Part shown: one piece after another, positions 1-10,166 of the stretch
How positions within the stretch are numbered: the stretch's first letter is position 1
Layout of the letters: every line of letters begins with the position of its first letter
Assembly (NCBI GenBank): GCA_965262115.1
Contig: OZ253496.1
Location: 1,504,001 to 1,568,000 of the forward strand
DNA from: Nitrospinales bacterium
GTDB lineage: Bacteria > Nitrospinota > Nitrospinia > Nitrospinales > VA-1
DNA length: 64,000 nt
Reading direction: 5' to 3'
The notes under the pieces: generated by a model
Told to the model about the DNA's origin: nothing
Database searches by the model: none
What the model saw: the letters and a program-made list of their open reading frames with translations, nothing else
Position numbers and translations under genes: made by a program

Positions 1-353
1 GTAATGCGGGTCACCATGCCCTCATGATAAGGCGGAACAAAACAATCCTCGAAGCAGGTAAAGCAGGGGGAATTCCTTTGGGGATTGTGAAAAATAGCAA
101 TTACATCGAAGAAGAAATTTCTCTTTTGCCGGGAGACCTGGTGTTCCTTTACTCGGATGGCGCGGTGGAGCCGGTGAACTCTGAAAAGGAACCATTCGGC
201 ATAGAACGAATCCAGTCCATCCTTCTGGAATTAGAAGGGACACCACAAGAGATACTAAAAAAAATCACCGATTCCATCGGGCAGTTCACTCAAGGCGCTT
301 CCCAGTTCGACGATATGACCTTCTTAATGTTCAAGGTGGCCAACGGCCGCTAG
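1..353 (+). CDS. PP2C/SpoIIE-family Ser/Thr phosphatase, C-terminal part (5' truncated by window edge)
   Basis: Motifs NAGH, GIPLG, LYSDGAVE, QFDDMT typical of the SpoIIE domain. Confidence 0.9.
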   Translation, partial: NAGHHALMIRRNKTILEAGKAGGIPLGIVKNSNYIEEEISLLPGDLVFLYSDGAVEPVNSEKEPFGIERIQSILLELEGTPQEILKKITDSIGQFTQGASQFDDMTFLMFKVANGR

Positions 354-354
354 A

Positions 355-448
355 CAGCGTGACGCTGGACCCAAAAGTAAAACATTCAGGCGAACAATAA
401 GTTCTCTTGGCTTGATGAATGGTTGTTCATTGCCCCTCTGGCGAAGAG
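355..448 (-). repeat. ~99-bp hairpin-ended element (family B)
   Basis: Reverse complement reads CTCTTCGCCAGAG-GGGCA..AACAA..CAAGCCAAGAGAAC..-CCAGCGTCACGCTG, the same layout as other copies. Confidence 0.7.
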
Positions 449-498
449 TGGCGAATTCCACCCACTAGCCATGGAGACAAATAGTCGATGCCTCGGCT

Positions 499-2277
499 TC
501 AATTACGTTTTAAGTGGTGATAGGAAGCACCGGCACCTTGCGGGATTCTTATATCATCGACCATATCCCTGATCTCATCCGGGGGTGGGGCGGTGACGCG
601 GCTGACCAGAATAGCGACCACGAAATTAAACACCATCCCTAAAGTTCCGATTCCTTCAGGAGAAATTCCAAACCACCAGTTTTCCGCTGAATTTATCGAG
701 GGATTGATGAACTTAAAATAGATGATATAACCGGCGGTGAAGGCGAGTCCGGTCACCATTCCGGCGATGGCCCCTTCTCGGTTCATGCGCTTCGAAAAGA
801 TTCCCATTAAAATAACCGGGAAGAATGACGAAGCTGCGAGGCCAAAGGCAAACGCCACCACCTGCGCGACGAATACGGGTGGGTGGGTACCAAAATATCC
901 AGCGATGGTGATGGCCAGTGCCGCCGACATCCGGGCAAAAAGAAGTTCCTGCTTGTCAGTAATATTCTTCAAGAACATTTTTTTCAAAAGATCGTGAGAA
1001 ATGGAAGTCGAGATGACCAGCAGCAACCCGGCGGCGGTGGAGAGTGCTGCGGCGAGTCCCCCTGCCGCGACCAGCGCGATCACCCAGTTGGGCAGATTGG
1101 CGATTTCCGGATTGGCCAGAACCATGATGTCGCGGTCGATATAGAGCTCGTTGCCATTATCGGTTGGTGAATTTGAAATTTTTCTTTCTCCTTCAGGGCC
1201 GCGTGCTTCCAGAAACTGCGGCTTCCCGTCGAACGCTTTTCCCGCAGAATATTGGATCTTTCCATCCTGATTTTTATCGATCCAGGCGATGAGGTTGGTG
1301 TTCTCCCAGTTCCTGAACCATGAAGGGGTTGCCTGATATTCGGCATTGTTAACGGTGTTGATGAGATTAACCCGGGCAAAAGAGGCCAATGCCGGAGCCG
1401 TGGTATAGAGTATGGCAATAAACATCAGCGCATACCCCGCAGAGATACGGGCATCTCGGACTCTGGGAACGGTAAAGAATCTTACAATGACGTGGGGCAG
1501 ACCGGCAGTGCCCACCATGAGCGCGGCGGTGATGAAGAACACATCGATGGTGGATTTATTACCCGCCGTATAAGCTGCAAATCCAAGTTCTTCAGATAAC
1601 TGATCGAGCCTGTCCAGAAGGTAGGTGCCGTCGGCCAGAGTACCGCCGAATCCCAATTGCGGCACGGGGTTCCCCGTCATCATCATCGATATGAAGATGG
1701 CAGGAACCAGAAACGCAAAAATCAAAATGCAGTACTGCGCTACCTGGGTGTAGGTGATTCCCTTCATGCCACCAAACACGGCATAAAAAAATACAATGGC
1801 CATGCCAATTAAAACACCGGTGGTGATTTCCACTTCGAGAAAACGGGAGAAAACGATTCCTACCCCGCGCATTTGGCCCGCCACATAGGTGAACGAAACA
1901 AATAAAACACAAACAACGGCGACCCCCCGGGCAATGTCGGAATAATAACGGTCCCCAACAAAATCGGGAACGGTGTATTTACCGAACTTGCGCAAATAGG
2001 GCGCGAGGAGTAATGCGAGCAAAACATAGCCTCCAGTCCACCCCATCAGGTAAACGGCGCCATCGCGGCCGATGAAAGAGATGATGCCCGCCATGGAGAT
2101 GAAAGATGCGGCCGACATCCAGTCGGCGGCTGTCGCCATGCCGTTGGCGAGTGGCGGAACGCCTCCACCGGCGACATAGAAGTCGTCGGTGTTCCCGGCC
2201 CGCGCCCAGATGGCAATGCCAATATAAAGCGCGAAGGTGGCCCCAACAAAAATAAAAGTTAAAGTCTGAACATCCAT
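499..2277 (-). CDS. Sodium:solute symporter, ActP-like (cation/acetate or monocarboxylate)
   Basis: NGMATAADWMSAASFISM, GTAGLPHVIVRFFTVP, many TM segments; paired with a small DUF4212-like gene. Confidence 0.9.
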   Translation of the reverse strand: MDVQTLTFIFVGATFALYIGIAIWARAGNTDDFYVAGGGVPPLANGMATAADWMSAASFISMAGIISFIGRDGAVYLMGWTGGYVLLALLLAPYLRKFGKYTVPDFVGDRYYSDIARGVAVVCVLFVSFTYVAGQMRGVGIVFSRFLEVEITTGVLIGMAIVFFYAVFGGMKGITYTQVAQYCILIFAFLVPAIFISMMMTGNPVPQLGFGGTLADGTYLLDRLDQLSEELGFAAYTAGNKSTIDVFFITAALMVGTAGLPHVIVRFFTVPRVRDARISAGYALMFIAILYTTAPALASFARVNLINTVNNAEYQATPSWFRNWENTNLIAWIDKNQDGKIQYSAGKAFDGKPQFLEARGPEGERKISNSPTDNGNELYIDRDIMVLANPEIANLPNWVIALVAAGGLAAALSTAAGLLLVISTSISHDLLKKMFLKNITDKQELLFARMSAALAITIAGYFGTHPPVFVAQVVAFAFGLAASSFFPVILMGIFSKRMNREGAIAGMVTGLAFTAGYIIYFKFINPSINSAENWWFGISPEGIGTLGMVFNFVVAILVSRVTAPPPDEIRDMVDDIRIPQGAGASYHHLKRN

Positions 2278-2279
2278 CT

Positions 2280-2600
2280 TTATTTTTTAGGTTCCTGATC
2301 GTGGTAATAAGAGTCGTCAGAGGCAAAATGGTCCCGGTCCTCATCCACCCCATATTTATGGTCGAGTTTGTTCATCTTGTAGATATAGATGAAGATGAGG
2401 ATGACGAAACAGAAAATGGAACCCTGTTGCGCCATCCAGAAACCGAACTTGAAGCCGAAGAAGCGAAACTGGTCCAGAACATCAACAAACAGGATTGCCA
2501 TGCCAAAGGAGACGATGAACCAGACGGATAGAAGGGAAAGGACGAGCCGGATATTTTCTTTCCAGTAGGCTTTGGCTTCGGGGCTGTGAGAATCGCTCAT
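2280..2600 (-). CDS. DUF4212-like small membrane partner of the symporter
   Basis: YWKENIRLV...GFWMAQQGSI motif; start taken at MSDSH (2600). Confidence 0.85.
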   Translation of the reverse strand: MSDSHSPEAKAYWKENIRLVLSLLSVWFIVSFGMAILFVDVLDQFRFFGFKFGFWMAQQGSIFCFVILIFIYIYKMNKLDHKYGVDEDRDHFASDDSYYHDQEPKK

Positions 2601-2856
2601 TGATTTTTCTCGAAAAGGGTTTGAAATAAACGAGCTAAAGCCTAACAAAACGGCGAGAGTTTTGACAATATCCAAATGACTGGCAGGTTGCTAAAAAACT
2701 CAACACAGATGTATTCTGAATGTATGGTATTCAACCTTTACCCCACCCCTGCTAAAGCAAAGAATTTAGCTTGTTAATCTATATTGAGGAGCTTCTGGGC
2801 TCTTCATTTTGAAATACTAGTAATATACTAATATCTACTAAACTAGTAATTAATGA

Positions 2857-2885
2857 TTGACATGTTTAAAATACTAAAATATAAT
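2857..2885 (+). promoter_or_regulatory. Consensus sigma70 promoter of the Fic gene
   Basis: TTGACA (2857-2862), 17 bp, TATAAT (2880-2885). Confidence 0.85.
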
Positions 2886-2919
2886 TAGTTAGTAGATAGA
2901 TTTTGATGGAGAAAGATTC

Positions 2920-4272
2920 TTGAAAATCCCCGAAAAAGCCCCGGATATCAGCAGTATTGCTCTGGCTGACTACGAGCATTTAACTGAAATTGCGAAGAAT
3001 GAAGATTTCATTTCACTAATTAAAAAGGCTAATAGCCGCTATTTATATTGGGAAAAATTTAAATATTGTATTCCGCATGATGTGGTTAGCCCTCGTCTCG
3101 CTTGGCATTATTTGAAACTTACTCGTGTGGCTCAAGCGAGAAGAATTCCCTTAAGGGATCAAGCAGATCAATATTTTAACTATTGGTTGCCAGATAAAAT
3201 TCAGGAAGATTTGCACTTTGTGGATAAATATGCGGGAGGACAGATTTCTCTCGATAAGCCTATTATAAACCAAGAATCGCCGGATCGTTATCTAATTTCT
3301 TCTCTCATGGAGGAAGCTATTTCCTCTAGCATGTTAGAAGGGGCGGCGACTACCCGAAAAAAGGCAAAGCAAATGTTGCTATCTGGGAAAAAGCCAGTTT
3401 CCCATGCAGACAGGATGATTTATAACAATTACAGGACGATTAAAAGGTTGCGCAAACTTAAAGACCAGCCTCTTACGGTGGAGATTCTTAATGACCTCCA
3501 TCATTTAATTACTGAAGACACATTTGATGATCCGGGTATTTCTGGAAGATTCAGGAATGAAAACGATGAGCTTGTTTCAGTAATGGATGATCAAGGCACA
3601 ATTTTGTATATTCCACCCCATTACAATGAAATTGAGCGGCAGGTAAATGAGCTGATAGAGTTTGCAAATGAAAATCATTCTTCAGCAAACTTTATTCACC
3701 CAGTGATCAAAGCAATTATTTTGCATTTTGGCATTGGTTATATACATCCTTATAATGATGGAAATGGAAGAACTGCCAGAGCTCTTTTTTATTGGCTTAT
3801 GTTAAAAAATGGGTATTGGATGACGGAGTATATTTCTATTTCAAGAATCCTGTTAAAGTCCGCCAAACAATATGCCCGAGCATATTTGTATACGGAGATG
3901 GATGATCAAGATCTTACTTATTTTATTTCATATCATCTAAAGTCGTTGAGATTGGCTTTTCAGGAATTAAGAGTTTATATTTCTCGAAGACAGAAAACCA
4001 TCGGTTTTTTTTCCGAAGCTTTACAGACTCATCCAGACTTGAACTTGCGGCAGGTTAATATATTGAAGCATGCTTTAAGTCATTCCGGGTTTTCTTATAC
4101 GATTCAACAGCATAAAAATTTTCATGGAGTCACCTACCAAACCGCGAGAACCGATTTATTGGATTTATCAAAAAAGAATATGATGGAGCTTATTAAAAGG
4201 GGGAAAACTTTTTATTTTGTATTGAATAAAAAAATCGGGGATTCCATGGATAAAATGACTGAAAAATCCTAA
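2920..4272 (+). CDS. Fic family protein with probable C-terminal HTH
   Basis: HPYNDGNGRTAR Fic motif; C-terminal GVTYQTARTDLLDL; AT-rich relative to neighbours. Confidence 0.9.
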   Translation: MKIPEKAPDISSIALADYEHLTEIAKNEDFISLIKKANSRYLYWEKFKYCIPHDVVSPRLAWHYLKLTRVAQARRIPLRDQADQYFNYWLPDKIQEDLHFVDKYAGGQISLDKPIINQESPDRYLISSLMEEAISSSMLEGAATTRKKAKQMLLSGKKPVSHADRMIYNNYRTIKRLRKLKDQPLTVEILNDLHHLITEDTFDDPGISGRFRNENDELVSVMDDQGTILYIPPHYNEIERQVNELIEFANENHSSANFIHPVIKAIILHFGIGYIHPYNDGNGRTARALFYWLMLKNGYWMTEYISISRILLKSAKQYARAYLYTEMDDQDLTYFISYHLKSLRLAFQELRVYISRRQKTIGFFSEALQTHPDLNLRQVNILKHALSHSGFSYTIQQHKNFHGVTYQTARTDLLDLSKKNMMELIKRGKTFYFVLNKKIGDSMDKMTEKS

Positions 4273-4382
4273 TGATTTTTGAATATTTTTATTTCTTTCG
4301 AAGTAAAAATCCAAATTGGAAGGAGATATAACAGTGGCATGAAGTTAAGGACGGGGATATCACAACCTCCCTCGTCAGAGGG

Positions 4383-4469
4383 TGGTGCCGGAGGTCGGAA
4401 TCGAACCGACACGAGGTTGCCCTCGCAGGATTTTGAATCCTGTGCGTCTACCAATTTCACCACTCCGGC
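4383..4469 (-). tRNA. tRNA-Leu(CAA)
   Basis: GCCGGAG acceptor stem, anticodon arm CAGGA-TTCAAAA-TCCTG, long variable arm, GGTTCGATTCC, encoded CCA. Confidence 0.97.
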
Positions 4470-4703
4470 ACTCTAGGTTTTTGCTCTTTTTGACTTTGCT
4501 GAAACCGGAATATACCATAAAGTCAGCAAAATTTTCAATCACCCACTCTGCCGGGCGCTCACTAATGGTCCGATTTACCAGGCTTCCGGAAAAAATATGG
4601 GCCAATTAAAAGATATTGATTTACCGTTCCCGGCTGATCAAGGAATTGGGAATTAAATAAAAGACTCCTCTTCGATAAATCGGAAATTCTGCTAAACTGC
4701 CCA

Positions 4704-4798
4704 CCACTAGCCGTGGAGGCAGATAGCAAGGGCTCATTAAGCCGAGTTAACCAGTCGCCTGCTATTAAGACTATTGCAGTCGGCCCTACGCCGAGTAG
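4704..4798 (+). repeat. Family B element upstream of folD
   Basis: CCACTAGCCGTGG-AGGCAGATAGCAA..AAGCCGAGTTAAC..TATTGCA..GGCC-CTACGCCGAGTAG, directly before the folD RBS. Confidence 0.8.
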
Positions 4799-4808
4799 AA
4801 GGAGAATT

Positions 4809-5651
4809 ATGGTTCTGATTGACGGTAAAAAAGTATCCGCAGAAATCCGCAGCCGCCTGACAAAGGAGACGGCGGAATTAAAAAATAAAACAGATCGTGC
4901 GCCGGGTCTGGCTACTGTTCTGGTTGGTGAGGACCCGGCTTCGGCAGTGTATGTGCGTAATAAAAATAAGATTTGCAAGGAGGTTGGATTTCAGTCTTTC
5001 GAACAAAACCTGCCTGCGGAAACGACCGAGACGCAATTATTAGGCCTCATCAAGGAGCTGAACGAAAATGACGCAGTGAATGGCATTCTTGTGCAATTGC
5101 CGCTACCCAGTCATATCGATTCGGAAAAGATTCTTTTATCCATTGATCCAAAAAAAGATGTGGATGGTTTTCATCCCATCAATGTCGGTAAGCTGGCCAT
5201 TGGTACTGCCCTCCTCACTCCGTGCACGCCAACGGGAATCATTGCCTTGCTGGATTATTATGGTATCGAAATTTCCGGTAAGCATGCGGTTGTTCTTGGC
5301 CGAAGCAATATTGTGGGCAAACCCGTGGCAAATTTGTTATTGCAACGGCACGCCACGGTTACTATTTGCCATTCAAAAACCACGAACCTGAAACAAGTTA
5401 CCCATCAAGCGGATATATTGATCGCTGCGGTAGGCCGGGCCCATTTTGTCAATTCTGATATGGTGAAGGAAGGCGCGGTGGTGATAGATGTGGGAATCAA
5501 CCGCGTGAACGGAAAACTTACCGGCGATGTGGACTTTGATCCGGTCGCTGAAAAAGCCGGGTTCATCACTCCCGTTCCAGGTGGAGTGGGACCCATGACC
5601 ATTGCGCTCCTCATGGAAAATACGTTAAAAGCCTTTAAAGCTTCGTTATAG
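4809..5651 (+). CDS. folD: Methylenetetrahydrofolate dehydrogenase/cyclohydrolase
   Basis: LIDGK, KDVDGFHP, PCTP, TPVPGGVGPMT; AAGGAG RBS before ATG 4809. Confidence 0.97.
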   Translation: MVLIDGKKVSAEIRSRLTKETAELKNKTDRAPGLATVLVGEDPASAVYVRNKNKICKEVGFQSFEQNLPAETTETQLLGLIKELNENDAVNGILVQLPLPSHIDSEKILLSIDPKKDVDGFHPINVGKLAIGTALLTPCTPTGIIALLDYYGIEISGKHAVVLGRSNIVGKPVANLLLQRHATVTICHSKTTNLKQVTHQADILIAAVGRAHFVNSDMVKEGAVVIDVGINRVNGKLTGDVDFDPVAEKAGFITPVPGGVGPMTIALLMENTLKAFKASL

Positions 5652-5687
5652 GAAAATACGGTAAATCAAAACTGTCCTGAAAATTTT

Positions 5688-7106
5688 ATGATCCGCAAAA
5701 GGCAAAGCCGCAAAGCCCCGCAACCGCTCTTAGCCGAAGACCCGGCTGAGACGCCGAGCCATCCCACGATAGAAAATCCGCAGGTATACAGTGTCAGCGG
5801 ATTGACCCGGGATATTCGCGCCATATTGGAAGCGGCGTTTGACTCGGTGTGGGTGGAGGGGGAAATCTCCAATTTCAGAACCGTGGCTTCTGGTCATAGT
5901 TATTTTGTTTTGAAAGACGAAAAGTCTCAGATCCGTTGTGCTTTATTTAAAGGTTACCTGGCAGGAATAAAATTTCAACCGGAAGATGGCGATCAGGTTT
6001 TAATGTTTGGTCGGATCAGTGTCTACGATGCCCGGGGCGAATACCAGATCATTGCCGAGTCCCTGGAACCAAGAGGACTGGGTGCCCTGCAAAAAGCCTT
6101 CGAGCAGTTAAAGGAAAAGCTGGATAAGGAAGGTTTGTTTGATGAAGATAAAAAGAAACCCCTGCCTGAATTTCCCTGGAAGGTAGGAGTCGTCACCTCT
6201 TCGACCGGTGCCGCCGTCAGAGACATCCTCAATATAATAAGAAGGAGAAATCCGAAAGTTTCTGTACTACTATGCCCTGCAAAAGTCCAGGGTGAAGGAG
6301 CGGCTGAAGAAATCGCCCGTGGTATTGAAGAACTAAACCAAAGAAAAGATATTGAGGTGATCATTGTCGGGCGCGGAGGAGGTTCGCTGGAAGACCTGTG
6401 GGCGTTTAATGAAGAAGTAGTGGCTCGTGCCATATTTGCATCCCATATCCCTGTTGTTTCTGCGGTGGGACACGAAATAGATTTTACCATTGCAGATTTT
6501 GTGGCCGACTTGAGAGCGCCGACCCCTTCGGCGGCGGCCGAGTTAACCGTACCCCTTCTGCAAGATACGGTTCGAGAAATTCGCTCCCTGAATGAAGCAT
6601 TGATAACAACCCTGCAAAAGAAGCTGGAATATTATAGTGATCTATTAAAAAGGCTGATGGACAGGCGGTTCTTCCACCAACCCAAAGAAATATTCAATCT
6701 GCAAATTCAGCGCCTGGATGATCTGCATGTCCGGCTGCTCCGGGGACTTGAGCAAAGCCTGGTGTCCCACCAACAGAGACTGCAGGACAAAATACATCTA
6801 TTATTTCAAGCCTCACCCGAAAAGCATATTCAACATATGAAAGAAAATCGGATGATGCTGGAAAAAAGAATGTTGCATATCATCCAGTCCCAGGTGCGTT
6901 TCAATAAGGAACGCTTTGAAGGAATATTAAAAAACCTGAACGCCATCAATCCACTGGCTATTTTAGAAAGAGGGTATAGTATTTGCTCGAAAGATGAAGA
7001 ATCTCTGAAAAATACGGAAGGGGTCAATCCGGGAGATAACGTTAAAATAAGACTCTCTCGTGGAGGCCTGGATTGCACCGTAAAAAAAATTATAGAGGAA
7101 AACTAA
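5688..7106 (+). CDS. xseA: Exodeoxyribonuclease VII large subunit
   Basis: WVEGEISNF, SGHSYF, RGGGSLEDLWAFN, SAVGHEID, APTPSAAAE. Confidence 0.96.
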   Translation: MIRKRQSRKAPQPLLAEDPAETPSHPTIENPQVYSVSGLTRDIRAILEAAFDSVWVEGEISNFRTVASGHSYFVLKDEKSQIRCALFKGYLAGIKFQPEDGDQVLMFGRISVYDARGEYQIIAESLEPRGLGALQKAFEQLKEKLDKEGLFDEDKKKPLPEFPWKVGVVTSSTGAAVRDILNIIRRRNPKVSVLLCPAKVQGEGAAEEIARGIEELNQRKDIEVIIVGRGGGSLEDLWAFNEEVVARAIFASHIPVVSAVGHEIDFTIADFVADLRAPTPSAAAELTVPLLQDTVREIRSLNEALITTLQKKLEYYSDLLKRLMDRRFFHQPKEIFNLQIQRLDDLHVRLLRGLEQSLVSHQQRLQDKIHLLFQASPEKHIQHMKENRMMLEKRMLHIIQSQVRFNKERFEGILKNLNAINPLAILERGYSICSKDEESLKNTEGVNPGDNVKIRLSRGGLDCTVKKIIEEN

Positions 7107-7114
7107 GACGAATT

Positions 7115-7279
7115 TTATTGCAGGTCTTTTGTGGATAGTATTCCGACAAAGTTTTTGTCACGGGTTACAAGAAGCGACCCGATTGCATTATCATAAATTT
7201 TATTGGCGGCGTTATTAACGCTTTCATCTTGCTCAATACTTAAGACAGGGTTTGTCATGCGATCGTTAACAGTTTCCAT
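7115..7279 (-). CDS. Single CBS-domain protein (54 aa), possibly a collapsed CBS pair; not in the ORF track
   Basis: METVNDRMTNPVLSIEQDESVNNAANKIYDNAIGSLLVTRDKNFVGILSTKDLQ fits the CBS pattern. Confidence 0.7.
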   Translation of the reverse strand: METVNDRMTNPVLSIEQDESVNNAANKIYDNAIGSLLVTRDKNFVGILSTKDLQ

Positions 7280-7379
7280 GGTCACACCAAAAATATTTTT
7301 AGAAAAAAAGAGATAATAGTTAATATAATTTTACTAACAGTTTATTGTCAATATAAACTTGTTTTCAAAGAGGCCGATT

Positions 7380-7607
7380 ATGGGTGAAATAAAATTTGAA
7401 AAAGCCATACAAAGGCTTGAAAAAATAGTCGATGACCTGGAAACGGGAGAATTGGACATTGATAAGTCTCTCGAGATTTTTGAAGAAGGGATAAAGATGT
7501 CGCGTGTTTGCTCGAAGAAATTGAGCGAAGCTGAAGCCAAAATAGAAAAGCTGACTCGCGATCAGAAGGGGAAATTGACGACCGAACTTTTTCCCGTAGA
7601 AGAATAA
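7380..7607 (+). CDS. xseB: Exodeoxyribonuclease VII small subunit
   Basis: FEKAIQRLEKIV..LE.GELD..SL..FEEG; GAGG RBS. Confidence 0.95.
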   Translation: MGEIKFEKAIQRLEKIVDDLETGELDIDKSLEIFEEGIKMSRVCSKKLSEAEAKIEKLTRDQKGKLTTELFPVEE

Positions 7608-7608
7608 A

Positions 7609-8452
7609 ATGACAAATAAAAATATGAAAATCCGCCTCGATCAGTTATTGGTAAAAAAAACTCGCCAGCACGAGAGAAAAAGCCCACGCCATCATTCTAG
7701 CGGGCAAAGTAAGAATAAACGATACCGTTGCCGATAAACCTGGTCGACGGGTTCCTGAAGATTGTCTTCCCGTTATTCTTGGTGAACCCCAACCCTTTGC
7801 CAGCAGGGGCGGGGTGAAGCTGGATCACGCCTTAAAACAATTCCATGTTTTGCCCTCAGGAAAAACTGCTGTGGATGTGGGAGCCTCCACGGGCGGGTTT
7901 ACCGATTGCCTTTTGCAAAATGGCGCTGAAAAAGTGTATGCCGTGGATGTCGGCTACGGGCAGTTGGACTGGAAGCTTCGTAACGACTCCCGGGTCATTT
8001 GCCTGGATCGGAAAAATGCCCGAACCTTATGCAAAGAGGATATCGGGGAAATGCTGGACCTGGCTGTGATCGATGTGTCGTTCATCTCGCTCCAGATTGT
8101 CATACCCCCCTTGCTGGAAATGCTCAAGCCTGAAGGAGAGCTGGTTGCCCTGGTCAAACCTCAGTTTGAAGTCGGGAAAGAGGAAGTGGAAAACCGCGGC
8201 ATCATTAAAGACCCGGCCAAGCATATTCGGGTACTACTCGACTTGAACCGTTTTATTGAGGAAAAAGGCTGGGCGGTGACAGCGGTAACAGAATCCCCCA
8301 TTACCGGACAAAAAGGCAACCGAGAATTTTTGGTTCATTGCGTACACGGTTTTTACGGAAAACCTGTTGCGGAAGAGGCCATCCGCCAACTAGTCCTGAC
8401 ACCCGGCGAGCCGCCGGGGGCAAATAGCAAGGGCCTAATTGAGCCGAGATAA
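7609..8452 (+). pseudogene. tlyA: TlyA-family rRNA methyltransferase, frameshifted in an A8 run (7653-7660); may be a sequencing error
   Basis: KIRLDQLLVKK continues in another frame as LASTREKA..ILAGKV..SRGGVKL; DVGASTGGFTD, DVSFISL, KPQFE. Confidence 0.85.
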
Positions 8453-8599
8453 CTCTTTGCCAGCAAGTAAAGCGATTGCTCGCTGGCCCCACGCCGAGTG
8501 GGCGGAGAACCTCCGCAGGTAACTGGCAATAGCGGTTAAATGCGCTCTGAAAGTGTGGGTAGCTATAGAATGTTTGCTCGTTGACCCCACGCCTAGTGG
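8403..8599 (+). repeat. Two tandem family B elements (8403-8501, 8502-8599)
   Basis: Terminal hairpins CCGGCGAGCCGCCGG / CCACGCCGAGTGG and GCGGAGAACCTCCGC / CCACGCCTAGTGG, with inner TRGCAA..TTGCT. Confidence 0.8.
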
Positions 8600-8956
8600 T
8601 TACAGTTCGTCTTTATAGACGATGAAACAATCTGCGGGATAGACCAAGTGGGTGTCCCCCCACTGTTTGGAAGCCCCCGGGTCCCATTGTGTTTCGTCTT
8701 CGAGGGGTTTCATGCGCACGCCGCCCGATCCGCCATAAATGAGCAGGGCAACTCCGTCTCCGGATTCTTCCACCTTGCAGGCATAGGCTGGACAAGGTGT
8801 ATTGGAATCTGCGTCCCAACCGGTGACCTGAACCGGTTGTTCCTCACCGTTTACCGGGTATTTGATGCAATACAACTCCCGGGGAGGACTGATATCCCGG
8901 AAAATCATATTGAAACTCCGTTCAGTGTTGGAGTTGGAATCGACCTCGACAAACAC
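8600..8956 (-). CDS. Hypothetical protein
   Basis: 118-aa ORF with GGAG upstream and protein-like composition; family not recognised. Confidence 0.65.
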   Translation of the reverse strand: MFVEVDSNSNTERSFNMIFRDISPPRELYCIKYPVNGEEQPVQVTGWDADSNTPCPAYACKVEESGDGVALLIYGGSGGVRMKPLEDETQWDPGASKQWGDTHLVYPADCFIVYKDEL

Positions 8957-9051
8957 GGGTATTCTCCATTAAAGAATTGGGAAGAGCTATCTTACCCTTA
9001 TTCAATGGGTGGGGTAAAGCTAAGAGATTTAAATGGAAAGAAAAAGGGCAT

Positions 9052-9080
9052 AAAAAAATCGGGTGTGTTTGCACACCCGA
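9052..9080 (-). terminator. Rho-independent terminator
   Basis: TCGGGTGTG-TTTG-CACACCCGA hairpin preceded by A7 on + (U-tract on -). Confidence 0.75.
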
Positions 9081-9199
9081 CGGTTGAAAAAGGTTTATTC
9101 GCGAGAGTTACAATCAGGCGGTGGCCGCCGCTTCTTTATTGGGCGACGGGGTATTACCCGCTGATCGGGATGCAGAGACTTTTGCTGCTGCTGCTGTTT

Positions 9200-9242
9200 A
9201 CGGGTAGAAGGGGTAATCTCGGGTTATGCAAAGCTCTCGTTT
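9200..9242. repeat. 43-bp exact copy of 12781-12823
   Basis: ACGGGTAGAAGGGGTAATCTCGGGTTATGCAAAGCTCTCGTTT at both sites. Confidence 0.9.
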
Positions 9243-9407
9243 GCGGGGGAAAAATTTAGACTCACTAAATTTTGAGGGTAACTGTAATGCTTTGAATTGT
9301 AATGTTTTGCGAAAATTAGTGGAAGGGGGTTGAAATTTCCCCCATTGCCTTGTTTATATGGGATATTACGGTCGAATCGATGAGTTCTTTAGCCGGGAGT
9401 CTAAAAA

Positions 9408-10166
9408 ATGTATAAATTGGTCCTTTTAAGGCATGGTCAGAGTCAATGGAACCTGGAAAACCGGTTCACCGGATGGACCGATGTTGACCTGACCGAGCAG
9501 GGAAAACAGGAAGCCGAAGCGGCGGGAAAACTTTTTCTCGATGAAGGTTATACTTTCGACATAGCCTACACCTCTGTTCTCAAAAGGGCGATTCGAACTT
9601 TATGGATCGTGCTGGATAAAATGGATTTGATGTGGATTCCGGTCACCCGCTCCTGGTATCTGAACGAACGCCACTACGGTGCCTTGCAGGGATTGGACAA
9701 AGCCGAGACCGCAGAAAAGCATGGCGCGGAGCAGGTAAAAATCTGGCGCAGAAGTTATGCCACTCCCCCTCCCCCGCTCCCTGACGATGACGACAGGTTG
9801 CCGTCCAAAGATCCACGTTACGCTGGGATACCCCAAAACAAGTTGCCCGCATCGGAAGCTTTAAAACATACGGTGGACCGGTTTCTGCCGTATTGGTTCG
9901 ACCAAATCGTGCCATTCATCAAAGCCGGAAAAAAAGTTTTGATCTGCGCGCACGGTAACAGCTTGAGAGCCATGGTCAAACATCTCGATCAGGTCAGCGA
10001 AGAAGATATCTTGGAATTGAATATCCCCACCGGCATTCCGCTGATCTATGAACTGGATGCGGATTTAAAACCCACCGATCACTATTATCTGGGCGACCCC
10101 GAAGCCGCTAAAAAAGCCGCCGAAGCCGTCGCCAACCAAGCCCGGGCCACGCCCGGAGGAAATTAG
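9408..10166 (+). CDS. gpmA: 2,3-bisphosphoglycerate-dependent phosphoglycerate mutase
   Basis: [34 protein letters not shown]. Confidence 0.97.
   Translation: MYKLVLLRHGQSQWNLENRFTGWTDVDLTEQGKQEAEAAGKLFLDEGYTFDIAYTSVLKRAIRTLWIVLDKMDLMWIPVTRSWYLNERHYGALQGLDKAETAEKHGAEQVKIWRRSYATPPPPLPDDDDRLPSKDPRYAGIPQNKLPASEALKHTVDRFLPYWFDQIVPFIKAGKKVLICAHGNSLRAMVKHLDQVSEEDILELNIPTGIPLIYELDADLKPTDHYYLGDPEAAKKAAEAVANQARATPGGN

Noticed and set aside
2700..4400. Integrative island with att repeats at tRNA-Leu
   Set aside because: No duplicate of the tRNA 3' end found and no integrase
4713..4808. N-terminal extensions from the ORF track (folD 4713, FabG 24732, prs 57020, 63188 ORF, 52877 ORF, dxr 17924)
   Set aside because: They read through repeats, tRNA-Gln or the upstream gene; better starts lie downstream
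8648..9259. 203-aa + strand ORF
   Set aside because: Overlaps the - strand gene, a terminator and a repeat; no protein features
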